A stretch of 64,000 nucleotides of DNA from Kudoa neothunni (lineage: Eukaryota > Animalia > Cnidaria), in the NCBI GenBank assembly GCA_964304625.1, contig OZ199839.1, positions 5,202,898 to 5,266,897 of the forward strand. The letters are read 5' to 3'. The position numbers and the translations under genes are program-made. The notes beneath the pieces were generated by a model that searched no databases, had not been told where the DNA came from, and was given only the letters and a program-made list of their open reading frames with translations. Positions 40,594-53,698 of this stretch are shown one piece after another (position 1 is the first letter of the stretch; every line of letters starts with the position of its first letter).

Positions 40594-43300
40594 TTAGATC
40601 GGAGAAGCAATGACCTTAGGACATCGTTTCTCAGCCGGTAAAAACGACTCAATAAGACCTCCCATCTCATAGAGAATGTCCTCTTTCCACCAAGATGCCT
40701 GAAGTTGAATTGCAACTGGAAGATTTTCCTCGGCGGTTGTGTCAATTTGTACGGTGAGAGCTGGAATTCCGGTTGCACTAGCAAGTCCTACATATCTAGA
40801 TTGTTTCATTAAGAATAGAAATATTTTTGTTTCATAGCAATTTTTAATTACAGTGTTGTTCTTGCCGTAGTAGCCTCATCTAGCACACCATTGGCGTCAT
40901 CTCCATCTACGATTTTCTGTGCCAAAACTCCCGTCGCTAATAACGCAATTGTAAAGATCTCTTACAAAACTAGGGAATTCACCTGGTGTGATTAATACGT
41001 CAAATTTAGAAAACATGTCTTTGACAATGAGTTGGGCTCTTCTTCTTTGTCGAAGTGCCTACGGATTAACAGATTCGAATAAAATAATGTATGGAATGAG
41101 TCGTTTTGCAAATCATTTTACAAACTCACTTGATCGTATTCTTTCTCGGTTATATCATGTCCCAAACTATTGATCATTGTAGCATTAGAGCAAGGCTAAA
41201 TATATCCACATAAATTTATGCCCATCTACTTTCAGGTATCATACAAAGCTTGCCATAGCGGCACTCTTTCCAATAACTTTGGCAATCCTTGTTGCAGCAT
41301 CCTTAACAAAAAATGCTCGTGTAGCTGCTCCTATTTCCTTATTCGCAAATTTGAAAAAACAAAATAATCGGTCATGATGTATCACTTGCATCTCTGGTAT
41401 GCAATATTCAACCACTGTGAATCCCATATCCTTCAAACGTTTAACTGTCGATTCGACTGCTGATATGATCGATTTATCATGTGCACACTATACTCAACTA
41501 CAATCCCACACCGCCAACTCATAGGTTACATTAGTGAGACTAGAATCATAGCCTATCTTGATTTTGGACGCCAATTCAGATGGTGAATCTTTAAAGGTAG
41601 GTAGAGCTATGGATGGTTGATAGAGTGTTGATGGATGAAGGTCATCCGGTCCTGCGATTATACCTGGATATGCTTACAGAGCATACTGCCTCATTTTAAA
41701 CATACCATATATAATTGCATGGTCTCTAACATTGGTAGTTATAGCATCTACGTAAAATAAACACCTATTTCCATGCCATATATAATGTACTAATAACAAT
41801 CATGCTGGAAGATTCATAATTGGTATCGCCGCTTGAAACTCTAAAGGTTGTTCCTAAAGCAGTACCACGAACGCATAAGGATTGTGTGAAGTTTAAGCAT
41901 TACCTCTCAAACCAACAACTCCGGTAAATGCTGGAGGAATTCGATTTGATCCTAAACCATCCAAACCGATAGAAAAGGGTACTAACCCTATATTTGATTT
42001 AGCATTAGTGAGATAAAACCATCACAACAACGAATAAATTACCACTGGATACCACGGCAGCAGATCCATTGCTGCTTCCTCCACAATAGAATTTGGTATT
42101 GTACGGATTTTTGACGTGCCCATGTACCCTAAGTATTACGATTGTTATTGAGTAGAGTGACCATATAACGGCGACGCTAACAACATTAGGATATTTACTT
42201 AGAAGGATTGTAGCCAATGACATTTAAACCTGCGAACACCATGTTTGCAGTGCCAATGAGAATAGCACCAGCTTCCAACAACTTTTTGACAACTGTGCAC
42301 GTAGCTACACAGTGTTTGTCCAACATTAAAGGAGTGCCGAAATGAATATGATATCCGGCCTAATGATTTACGTATGTTAAATGTGCAGGGTATCTCAACA
42401 ATTACAATATCAATTTCATCTTTGACAAAGAAGGGAACCCCATCGATCACAGAAAGTGGTACATTCTTTTGGAAGCGCTCAGTTGATTCCTTGGCAGCCT
42501 ACCACACGAAATATGGAGAGGGACCGATAATATGTTTTATAATACTTGCATTATTTCCTCGGTGTGGACTTCAATAACAGCATTTAAGTTTTTGATCTCA
42601 TCACTTTCCATGATCTTAATTAACTTTGTGCAAACCTCCGTCGGTGTAGTTGATTTTGACCTACAAGCAATCATTAGTCCAATGGTGAATGAATACAATA
42701 TTTTTATTAAAAAACTCCACTTTAATAAGTAGATAGCTAAGTTCACCTAATAGAGGAAAAAAATATACCTATAAGCATCATAATAATCACTAAGAGTTTT
42801 GTATGGTTGGACTTCAACCCTTGAAATTAATATTTTAAAACTCCAAATCGACAACAACTACCCGTCCTTAATCAATCTATTTAGATCCTCAACAGGTGGA
42901 TCAACCAAAGGATGAGCATCTTCAGTAGCATAGGTTTCGTTAACTTTAATCAACGGCTCATCTTCGATATGAGAGGACATCAACTCATCGAATCCAAGGT
43001 TCCTATGCATTGCACATACTTGGCGAACCGGGCAAATTATTTATAAATACTTTTTAAGTTTTCCCACAAATGCCCATTTGGTAAATCTCTAAAATAAAAG
43101 GGATCAGCGATATACGTACAAAGTTATCTACTCCTGTCGCCACATTTACACTCATCAAAGCAGCAGTTCCATTGAGTCGCCCAACTATCTGCAATGATAG
43201 TTAAATGTCATTGTATTGCATTCAACGAAATTACTGAAGAATATTCTTTATAATTGGTAGATTTTGCAGGTTCAATAACTCCAGCAACCTTAATGGCCAT
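40594..43300 (-). CDS. Amidase-signature enzyme, fatty acid amide hydrolase-like, about 19 exons
   Basis: The spliced frame contains DGVPFFVKD (catalytic Lys), KNPYN..YCGGSSNGSAAVV (cis-Ser), SIGLDGLGSNRIP (nucleophile Ser), FDVLITPAT, GIPALTV and LPVAIQLQASWWKE. Eighteen GT-AG introns were inferred. Confidence 0.88.
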
Positions 43301-44157
43301 CGTTGAAGGTTTCCGATGCGCTAATAAACTAATCTCATATGTGAATGCTAAGAAGTAGCGACTTTTCTCATTAACACGACAATTTTAACTCTCCTAAGAA
43401 TAAACAGCCGTCTCTGAACCAATTATTATATTAAACTAGAAATTTTGAGGACTTGTAACGAATTTAATGCCCTTTTTTCTTAAATCTATCGAATCAACAT
43501 TTTCACTAACGTGTGAGCTCAAACCAATCTTTTACGCTTCGTATAAAGCTTTTTTATGGAGATCAAATGACGATTAAATTTGTTAATGAACGATTTTTCA
43601 CGTGATTAGTAACAAATTATTAGTCTTTGTGTGATATACCACCACTAGAACGAGTGTGTGTAAGGCGATCGTCACCAGGTTCGTGGAGATTAATTCTAGG
43701 AATATGCCACCTCTTATTCCACCCAAAATGTATAATAATTAAGAGTTTGAGGTCATTAGAATATCGTTAAATTTGCATAACAAGTAACCTAAATTCGTTA
43801 GTGCAGCTTACCTCAATTGGATGCTAAATACTAAAAATCCCTTAAAGGTACAGCCTTAAAAATAAACCTTTTTTTTACTTTAGTCAAATACATTTCCCTG
43901 TGGATCGAAAAATACATAATTTTTACATGTTAACTATTAGAATGAATAATTAAATTAAAAAATTACTAAAATGAAGTATTTAATGCTCATAACTTCAATG
44001 TTAATCTCACATTAAAATAATTCCAAACAAATGATAAACAAATTTTATGACCACTTAATATGAAAAGAACCGTCCTATAACATTTCTAATAAATGATATT
44101 TTCCGTCAAGTATGAGTGACTTAATTTTCTGAAGGGATAGGGAATCAAACTCCGGAC

Positions 44158-45296
44158 CATTGTTGCCAACCCAGATCGGACAATCGGATATTCGGCGAAA
44201 TTTTTGCCGGACAAAATCGGAAATATCATAATCTTTTATAAAAACCGAACTAATATTTAATTATATGTAAAAATATTATTTAAATTTATAATTAAATCGG
44301 AAAATTTAAGTTATGGCACCACGTGGTTGTTGTGGTGGAAAATTCCTTTATCCGAATAAGATCATCTAATGTAGAGCCCAACATTCTGTTTCTTCTGATA
44401 GTTTTAATAGGTGCGGAAAAAGTAAGTGCTATTTCCGGAAAATTGTTAACCAGAGTTAGTGAAATAAAGATGTGCTATATTTTTGAATGGAATGAAACTA
44501 TTTTGTCGATAAAAAATGGTCAACAAGGCGAGTATTGATAATTTAATCAATCAACCTTTGTTTTTGAGTATGTTCAATTCCTTTAATTTCAAATAATTGT
44601 ATTACAGCCTTTCGTTTGATGTTTGAATAAAACATAACTATATCTAGAGGGGGTCTTATTTTTATGTACAATTCATTCATTAAAATTAATAAAAATTAGT
44701 CAAATCGATAATATTTTGTTAAATTTTAATTTATTTAGGTATTAAATAAAATTAAAATTTTTTTAAATTGATAACAGACACTTGTAATGATAGCTTTGTA
44801 ATGGAAATCAACGACATCAGATTCTTTTTTAAAAATTCAAACATTCAAAATTACAACACATATACGTAATACGCTTCCCAATAATTCCAAAATGATCCGT
44901 GGTTATAATAAAGCTGTGTCCTATCGCTAATAATGCTGATAAAAAGCTAAAATTCTGGCCTCAACTAAATCATAACACTTTGTGTTTATTTTTATAAATT
45001 TTTGGCATGTCCTTTTTAGCCTCAATTTTTGTATTCCGCGGTCTTAAAGAATTATTTATTAAAACGTATAATTGTAATTCTCTTTTGGTAAACTTCTACT
45101 GAAGATATTATAATTGTAAATAAAGCATTGTTCAAATTATTAAATTATCCACTGGAAGATTTCTTATAATGAAATCAACAACGGTTAACTTCCATTTTTT
45201 GTGAATTTGCAGTAACTTCTTTTGAAATATTGTTTTGTGATTCTTCAATCACCCGAAGATCAAGGGCGGGAAAATCGGACATGGTTGGCAACGCTG
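44158..45296. mobile_element. Non-autonomous hAT element
   Basis: TIRs CATTGTTGCCAAC / GTTGGCAACGCTG; TSD CTCCGGAC/CTCCGTAA; repeated subterminal ATCGGA motifs. Confidence 0.8.
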
Positions 45297-46749
45297 CTCC
45301 GTAAGGGCTGTTTGTGTCATGATAGTCACAGCAGTGTAGCCGAAAAATCTTGAAGTTACATTATTACATTACCGAATAATCTCGATGAACTATATTTTAC
45401 AATCTGTATCCAGTGAATTTTAATTAATCCTTAGAGGTTTGAGTCAGCAGGAGGATATCTGTTTCTTAAATATCCAATAATTTAATTTAAAAGTATTATT
45501 TAAATATGTTGAATGAAATTGAAATTTTGAAAGAATAATGTGTCAAATTACATTAAAATATATCAAGATATCTTTTAATTGGCTCTTTAAATTATTATTA
45601 TATTTTTATAAATCTTAACGCATTTCACCATTGAGTAGTACAAAAAACATATTAGGTTTGCAATCTTCATTGGGTCTGTCCATAAAATATCAGGTAATGG
45701 TAAAGTATGCAGCATCTAAAAAATGTTCCCTTGCGCACTTTTTTTCGATTTTCTTTTTTCACGATTCTTTATAATAAAATAAAGGAATATGGAGAATTTG
45801 TCATAGGAACACAGTCGGATATACGTGTAATCTCCATGTTTTTTCAACAAACATTGAATTGATCTCTAATTTGTTTTCATAATCATTCATAAATTTGTTA
45901 TATTTCATATATTTTACCATATAAACACTAATTTTACAATACCAAATTTAATTACACAGGTTTTTATAGGTTTTAAGCATGAATAGTTTAAAAGCGAGAG
46001 ACAATCACATGCTCTCTAAATATATTTTCTTAATTTTCTTGAAGCTGATGAGCTTTTTTAATAATTAATCAACATTATATTTTAGATAAACACATAATTT
46101 CAATAGGGAAATAACTTAAGATAGATTATAGTAAGTTACCACTTTTAGGAGGAATTCTTACGTGCGCTTAATATAGCATTCGATAAACGTAAAAATGTAG
46201 TTATAAAAAGACGAAAAAATTATTTCTGTAAAATTATTAGTTTTAATGAATTATATATGTACCAATAAAAATAATAACCTTAATTAACCTATTGTGTCGA
46301 TATTTTAAAATATTCACAATTCGTGTATTTTGCCGAATTTGTTGTTAGGACATTTTTTTCCAATATTTTGCAAATACTGCAAGTTAAAACGATTTAATAT
46401 TATCATTTAAAAAAAATAGGTTTCTGAATTTTAATAATAAAAATTTAATAAATTCTTAATTTCTAATAAAACAAATTGTACGATATTAATATCTATATTT
46501 AAAAGTTCACAAAGTATTTTTATTATAGTGAAAAATGAGATTTTTTTGGTGAAATTTATAAAAAGTTTATTTTTAAAGTTAGTTTTTATAAAATTGCTAT
46601 ATATCAATAATAAAAAATCTAAATAGTAATAATAAATAACTTTTGAGTTAGTAACTAAGGAAGAAACAAAATAATTCAATGTTTGTTGAAAAAAGCGCAT
46701 TAAAGTTAATGAGGGACCAACGGATATTAATTTGAGCAATAAAAATTAA

Positions 46750-47184
46750 TTTTCTTGTGTTTTCTTCATCTCTATTACTTGTTCTATTTTTTATCTCTTA
46801 AAAAGTTAGTGGTGCACATATTTTCCAAGTCGGTCCAGAATTCGACTTTAAAAATCCCCTGGGCCAAAAAATAATGTGTTAGATTGCACTTAAAGGGAGT
46901 AAATAATTCGGGAGCGAAAATAAATGACACTCACCTTAAATTATTTAGATTTTGTGCCGGGACAAGATATTGTTAATTAAAAACCCAGGATTTATTTGAT
47001 ACACTCCTGCACAGAATGATCATGATTTAAATTTCGAAATCATAATCGGCAAAGTATGATGCTTAAACAAAGCTTAGTTTAACTGCTTCTATAAATCAAT
47101 TTGAAACATAATATTTTTTGAATGTTATAAAGAAACCTCTCTATGCAAAATCTTCCCCAAGCAACGCTGGGCAGTTTGCGTTAG
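46750..47184 (+). mobile_element. Helitron-like family copy, 3' part
   Basis: Shared internal blocks; terminal hairpin CCCAAGCAACGCTGGG followed by TTAG|T. Confidence 0.6.
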
Positions 47185-47786
47185 TATCTCATAAAAATAT
47201 GGCAAGCGAGCAATTGAATTATCTGATTAAATATGTTACTCATGGTTTGATGTTTTCATGAAAAGAAAATACCAATCTCGCGCTAAATATTTATTTCACC
47301 TTACTAAATTAACTAATTATCCATGTGATAGATATCAAAGCATTAATTGAGAAAATTATATATTTTACTGACCGGTAATACAATCAGTTAGGTTCCCTTA
47401 TTAAATAAAATCAGTAAATTTTAGAGAAATAAAACTTTTTTTTTAATGACTAAATCTAAATATTTTGGCGTAATCTCATTCGAATACAACAAATGTCTAA
47501 AACAATTGAAATTTAAAATGTGGGCATGCATAGGACATGGTATCGGAATGGGTATCGGTGCAACCCTAAAATAAACGTCGATCCCTAATTATAACCAAGG
47601 CACGAACAATCTGCACAAGGACTTATAATATTTCTCCTTTAGTCTAGACTCTAGACTCTACACTCTAGAGCAGGAGTGTCCAAACATTTTGATACAAGGG
47701 TGCTAAAACAAGAAACCATCTTTCAAATCGGACGACAATAATAAGGTAGATAACTAGCTTTTATATATCCGACTAATATCATACCA

Positions 47787-48310
47787 CAGGGGCCAGCAAC
47801 CTACGGCCTGCCACGCATTGAATGGGATACAAATTTTTCTTAATATCTAAAGTACCCAAATGATTTTTAATTTTGTTCTATGTTGTTTTCTAATTGTTAA
47901 TATGTTGTCGATATAAAAATTTGAGCCAACTAAAGTTTATTTTCATTAAAAAGTAAAGCCGAAAAAATATGATTGTTAAAATAACGCTAAAAATATTTCT
48001 ATTAAAGTATAAAATATTTTCAAAAAGGCATATAGATACATCTCATGTTTGACATTGTCCAATAAATTGTTCTTTCACAAGTTAAGCACGAATGGATTAT
48101 AATGGAAGTGAAAATTATTCGAATTTAATATTATTGATTTGATGTAATTTTCTAGTTTAAAAGTCTTTTATAAATTCTTATTTATATATTTAAATCTGAA
48201 ATTTGAACTAAGAATAAATTAAAATTTTCAAGCATTAATTTTATTATGCTCCGCATTAGAGTTAGGGTAAGTCTGTTCAGCTCGTCACCCAAAAAGGTTG
48301 CCGACCCCTG
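47787..48310. mobile_element. hAT-type MITE
   Basis: TIRs CAGGGGCCAGCAACCT / AGGTTGCCGACCCCTG; eroded 8-bp TSD. Confidence 0.7.
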
Positions 48311-48359
48311 TTATACAGAGAGGTTCTCATAGAAAGCGGCATCTCAGAGTGATCGTAAA

Positions 48360-48720
48360 TACTTCATCGGCACGTAATAGAATATCCTAGAATTTCACAC
48401 GCTATCTTCCAGCCTTAACAGAGGACAACATAAAAACTTACTTTCGTCATCACTTGATTTTCATATAAAATACTTTGATGGTTAATTGCTTAGGCATAAA
48501 GTTTTCTTTTAATTTTTATATCAATATGTACGTACCATTCCTGAGTATTCTGAATACTCGGATTAATATTTTGTTTCAATGTGTATTTACGATTATTGAA
48601 TTCAGCGAGAATTGCCATGGTATTGTTGCATATGAAACACATTTCTTTTTTATCAAATTCAATAACAAAAATAACCCAAGTATTGCTTTTCATTAAAAGT
48701 TACTATTAATGGTTGATTAT
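48360..48720 (-). pseudogene. hAT (Buster/SPIN-like) transposase N-terminal remnant
   Basis: WVIFVIEFDKKEMCFICNNTMAILAEFNNRK resembles the YFF.E....VCLIC...AV.KEYN.RRH zinc-finger region of this group. Confidence 0.6.
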
Positions 48721-48774
48721 TAGTTTTTCCGGTCGTTCGACAATTCTCTGATGTCTCAAAATGTATAACTGCCT

Positions 48775-49440
48775 TGACGATATCACATAGTGGTGTTACG
48801 TCGAGATCGCATACCATGAGGTTGCGACTTCGAAACCTAATCCGGGCGTTCGTGTACTCCTAAGCTGAAATTAAGTAGGATGGCTATAGTAATCGCAAGG
48901 ATCTATGATTTGTCATGGCCTTGTTTGTAACTGGAAAGGGAACCTGGCGGAAGGGTAGAACTCGGGCGCTCATAAAAGCTGGGGTATCAGGACGAAATAA
49001 AACCCAATAGGACAAGGATGCCCACACCTTAGGGATGTTAACTTTGGTCTCAGGGGATGCGAGATCCGATCAAAATTGAAAATAATTTTTGAGAAATTTT
49101 GAGTCAGTTACACCTAATCGTATGCAAAGGGGGTGCGAATCTCGTTTTGTCATCAAACGGAGGTGCGAGTCCAATTTTAGTTGAGAAACGCTGCAATAGG
49201 GGATTTGCGTAGAGCCGACTTCCACATTTAGAAGACTTTCCCAGACTAATTCTGAGTCAGTCTATGGTATGGTTGCTCCAAAACGAGGATGTTTAGTGGA
49301 TTAAAATCCCACATTACCGCATAACGTAAGTCGCCTTAATATGACACTGCGGTGCCTAAGGCGTAAATGGAGAAGGCGTAACCAGCCGAACTCCACAACT
49401 TAACAAGTTGCGCCTTGGGTTTAACCGTGTAAACAAAAAA
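48775..49440 (+). mobile_element. tRNA-derived SINE-like element split by a hAT MITE
   Basis: Degenerate A box (CACATAGTGG) and B box (GACTTCGAAACC); shared tail AAACGAGGATGTTTAGTG near 49282. Boundaries are approximate. Confidence 0.5.
49013..49193. mobile_element. Short hAT-type MITE inside a SINE
   Basis: Right TIR GTTGAGAAACGCTG; TSD CAATAGGA/CAATAGGG; GGGTGCGA subterminal repeats. Confidence 0.65.
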
Positions 49441-50097
49441 AGTCAAACTGCGTAGATAATACAAAAAAAATTGGTTACTTGAGCACAAGCGAAAACCGAC
49501 CTTATTAAATAACGTGTTACGTATGTAACGAAGTAATGAATAATTGATTTAATATAATTAAAATTATTAAAAAAATAGATCTTTAAATATTATGATATAT
49601 TTATCGAATGCAAAAAATATAATTGTTTTACAAATTAGGAGAATGCGAGTTGGTCGTAGTTTATAGTTAATTATACATATTGTTTTTATTATGAATGAAT
49701 TCAAGTTATTCTTTTATCCGCCACTTTTGATAAAATTTGTGCCTCTAAATCTTCAAAAAATCTATTCAACAAATATTATGTTTTGTTAACAGAAACGTCA
49801 GCGGACCAGATAAAAAACGACGACAGACCAGATCCGACCCGATGTCGTAATTTGGAGACTTCGAGCTAGAGCATTACACATAGCGGGCAGCTGTTACGGA
49901 TGTCAAGCGCTTGAACCTCGAATCGTGAGGTCACAAGTTCTAACCCAGCTCCGGCCATACCATTTCTTTTGCGCTTTTCTTTTATTCCACAAATGAAGTA
50001 TGAGTTAGAGTGTACTCTCATTATTCAGATTGGTGTAATTAGAGCTTCAAAAAATCGAGGGTTGACTTCGAAGATCCTCGACCCTTAAAAAGATTAA

Positions 50098-52181
50098 CCC
50101 TTTCATGCCTGAATTTTTATTTATCCATAAAAAAATTTTGTTGAGCTAATATCTTTAAGTTATAATTTTTTTTCAGTAGACTGAACAATGGAACTTGGTG
50201 GTAAGGAAAATGTGCAATAAAGGAATCGAATTTATTATAACAATAACAGATGGGGTAATCAATACAACAATAATTTAAAGTATTATGATACTCATAAAAA
50301 CAATTTCTACATCTACCTGGCGTAGATACCACTTCTGGGAAATGGTCTGCATTATCATATCTAATATTATCGGATAAAAGAGTGTTTCTTTTGCGTTTTG
50401 ATATAGTAGACTACATTATGTTTTGTGAATTAGAATTATTAATCGGACGACCACGTTTTCGAGTTTGTATTAACGTTTGATTTTTATACAACAATGATTT
50501 ACAGATTGAATATGTGGAAGATAGCAAATCGAAAACTTTACTCTTGTTAACATCTTCATGGTATTTTGTCTACGATGCAATAGCCACGAATTAGTGATCG
50601 CGGTGTTGATACCCCCTAAAAATATCCTTATGTAAAATTTTTTACATTCGTGATTTAAGCTATACGATGACTTCAACATATCGGATAAATCAACATCACC
50701 CATATTTTTGTTATATTCCCATACAACAACTGGGCACTCGACTTTAACACGTTTTTTGCCGCTTATCATATCTATTCACCGTTGTTAGAGGTTCACTACA
50801 AGAATAAGTGGATGAAAAGGTCACGACGGAGCTATCATACCATCGAGTTAATATCAGTGCATCATTAGATATTTAAGTAACATCAAATGAATCACGTCTT
50901 TTTTTCATTAGATCTTTTTTACTGAATAAGAGACACCCTTAAGTTCTATTATTTCGAATAGTCCTCACATAATATGTTCCCTTTTTTTTAATGAAGTTGC
51001 ATTTGGAATGATGTGAACCACTTGTCAAAATTCAACAGATACATGCTATTCTTTAGAAGTTGTTCACACAATTTTATTCCAAAATCCTCGGAAACCAAAC
51101 CACAGCTTTCTTATACAACGGGCGATTTTTCATCATACAAATGAAAATCTTGCATTATCCCATCTTATTCCACATCGAGCAAAACCTTTGATTCCCCATT
51201 TGGTGGGTTAATTTGATATACACTGCTTTTCCCTGCACTTACCCTTAAAGGGAATTATTTGTTCGTCGAGCGAATTTATGCTCTCTGGAGTGATTTTTAA
51301 TAATACCTACCTCAAATGCTCCAAAAAGGTCTAATTTTGACAAACCAGTCACAAGTTTGGAACGATCGATCGTTGGTTGTATTATGAATATTATCAAAAT
51401 GTAAAAATTGTGGCAGCTACTCAAGTTTATCTCCAGAGAGTGCATCCGAAATAAGGGAATAATTGAAACAATACAGGGGTGGATTAAATGATCTAACTTT
51501 TTAAATTCATCGTTTATACTGCATAATTTCTCTGGTAAATTTTTACTGACATCAGTTTCTTCCATTGAGGGCTAGTGTCAATTTTAGTATCAGAATAATC
51601 AAATGATGAATATTCTTTGGAATCTGAAAATTCATTAATTATTGATGGTGTAAATGTTGTATCGTCTTCTGAATATGTATCTGGTTCGAATATATCGACT
51701 TCAGGTAGAACTAAAATTTCCGAAGTTCTTTTTACAGTTTTATCCTCACCGTTACAAATGTCGTAATCCATTGCGATTGGCCAAAAATAGGTCCACGAGT
51801 TCCTGTTGTTCAGTTTACTGACAAGAATTAAAATCGTATTATTTCAGATAATAATAAGTTTCTTAAAATTTAAACAGGCGAATATAGTTAAAACAAACAT
51901 ATTGTAATTGTAAAAATTGTGGTTCCAAAAAATAATACAATTCAGTTTACAAATTAATACATTACTTTAAGGATGAACGTGGTATGGAGAATTGAACTTT
52001 GTTAATGCAATTTGCTACACATAAAGTTTCTTAAAAAATATAATATTAACGATTTTTAAACATCTGTTTGAGTTGAAATTATATGTCTGTGTCGAATGCG
52101 AAGCAATAGTTAAATATTTATTTTAGACGACGACGAAGAAGAAGTTAATCTTCAGTATACCGCACAATAGGCATGAAAGGG
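50098..52181 (-). mobile_element. piggyBac transposon with decayed transposase
   Basis: TTAA on both sides, perfect 13-bp TIR CCCTTTCATGCCT; fragments YNKNMGDVDLSD, AITNSWLL, acidic N-terminus and Cys-rich C-terminus. Confidence 0.93.
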
Positions 52182-53698
52182 TTAAGTCAATGTATTAACA
52201 AGATTGTGTGCTTCGTTCACAGTGGATTTTTGTAATCAATGTTAGGAGAAATGTTCTCGTCAAAGTTCAACAGTGCATTACTTTTTGGAATAAACTATTT
52301 TATTTCTTTTAAAACATCAGCTAAACTACAGTATCTGTGTATGAACTTCGGGCGGTGTTGCATACAAAATCGGATATAAAGTCTTTTCCCACAATTCGCC
52401 CTGTTATTCACTTGTTTTTCAAAAGTTTTTTCATTTTTGATCTTATCACAAAAAATTACATTATAGAGTTAAATTCAGATCAAAAAGAATCAACCTATAA
52501 ACTGGAATTATATCTTAAGTCGAGCACATTCGGATGCACGTGGAATCTCTATGTTATCGATAAATACATCAAACAATATATTATTTCTCTATAATTTTAA
52601 CAAATTCGATGTCGTTAATTGTTCACTGAATTTTTTATTTGTATCTATTAGTAATAAATTTGTAAATGTTCAATCTTAAGACTTCGTATTTTAAAAACAG
52701 ATCTTTTTGATTTATTCTACTCAAAATTAGAATGAAGATGTTTCAGTTTAACTGTGGCATTCCTTTTTGTGTTTTTAGTTTATTCATGATTAAAAAACTG
52801 TTATAATAATATTTGTTACAAATTTCCAACATGAAAATTTAAACTTATTAAGTTAAATTATCTTGTTATTTATAAACATTATGTAACAAAAAACAAAATA
52901 TATTAATGTTTAATTAAAATTAACTTTAAAGTAGAGCAATCCTGACAAATCAAAATATACGATTTTTAGTCATTTTAAGTTGAATCAATTGTGGATGATT
53001 ATGAGTCAAAAGTATTTTTTTATTATTTATCTCAACAATATAAAAATGATGTAAAATCTAAAAATAAACATTTATTACTTTGTTTTTGAATATAAAGCGA
53101 AATATGACGTTATATTTTATAATCTACTTCAATATTTCCGTGTGGTTGAATGTTTCAAATGTTTCAAACTAATATAATTCGTTTACTGAGATGTATTACG
53201 CATAGAAATGTCTGTAAAAACTAATAACAATTACAAAACGTTGGAATGATGAAATCCCAATCCGAATCCTTAATAATCCTCACTTCAACGCGTAATCACC
53301 CTCAATTTTTTAAAGACCTAAGTGTAATGCATCTGCATTAATATTTGGTTTAAATGAGTAGGGTGGGATTTTATCTATTTTAATCATCTTGGAAGTATAC
53401 GATAAAAATCTGTCTTACCGGCCCGACTTCATTTAGGTTGAAAATCTTAAATTTCTTAGTTTTTTGTCACCCCAAGACGAAGATATCTAATGGGTTAAAA
53501 TATTGTAGAAAAATAAATGAGGGTTTTAAATGTTACTCGCTGCGGTTCCCCCAAAAACGTTCATAGAGCCAGCCAGAGGGCTCCGTAGCCTACAAGCTGC
53601 GCAACTGATTTTTGAGGCAAACAAAAAACAAGGATATAGGAACAATTTTAATGTTATCCGTCTCAATTCAAGTTGTCCATATCATTTTTTCAGTGAAT

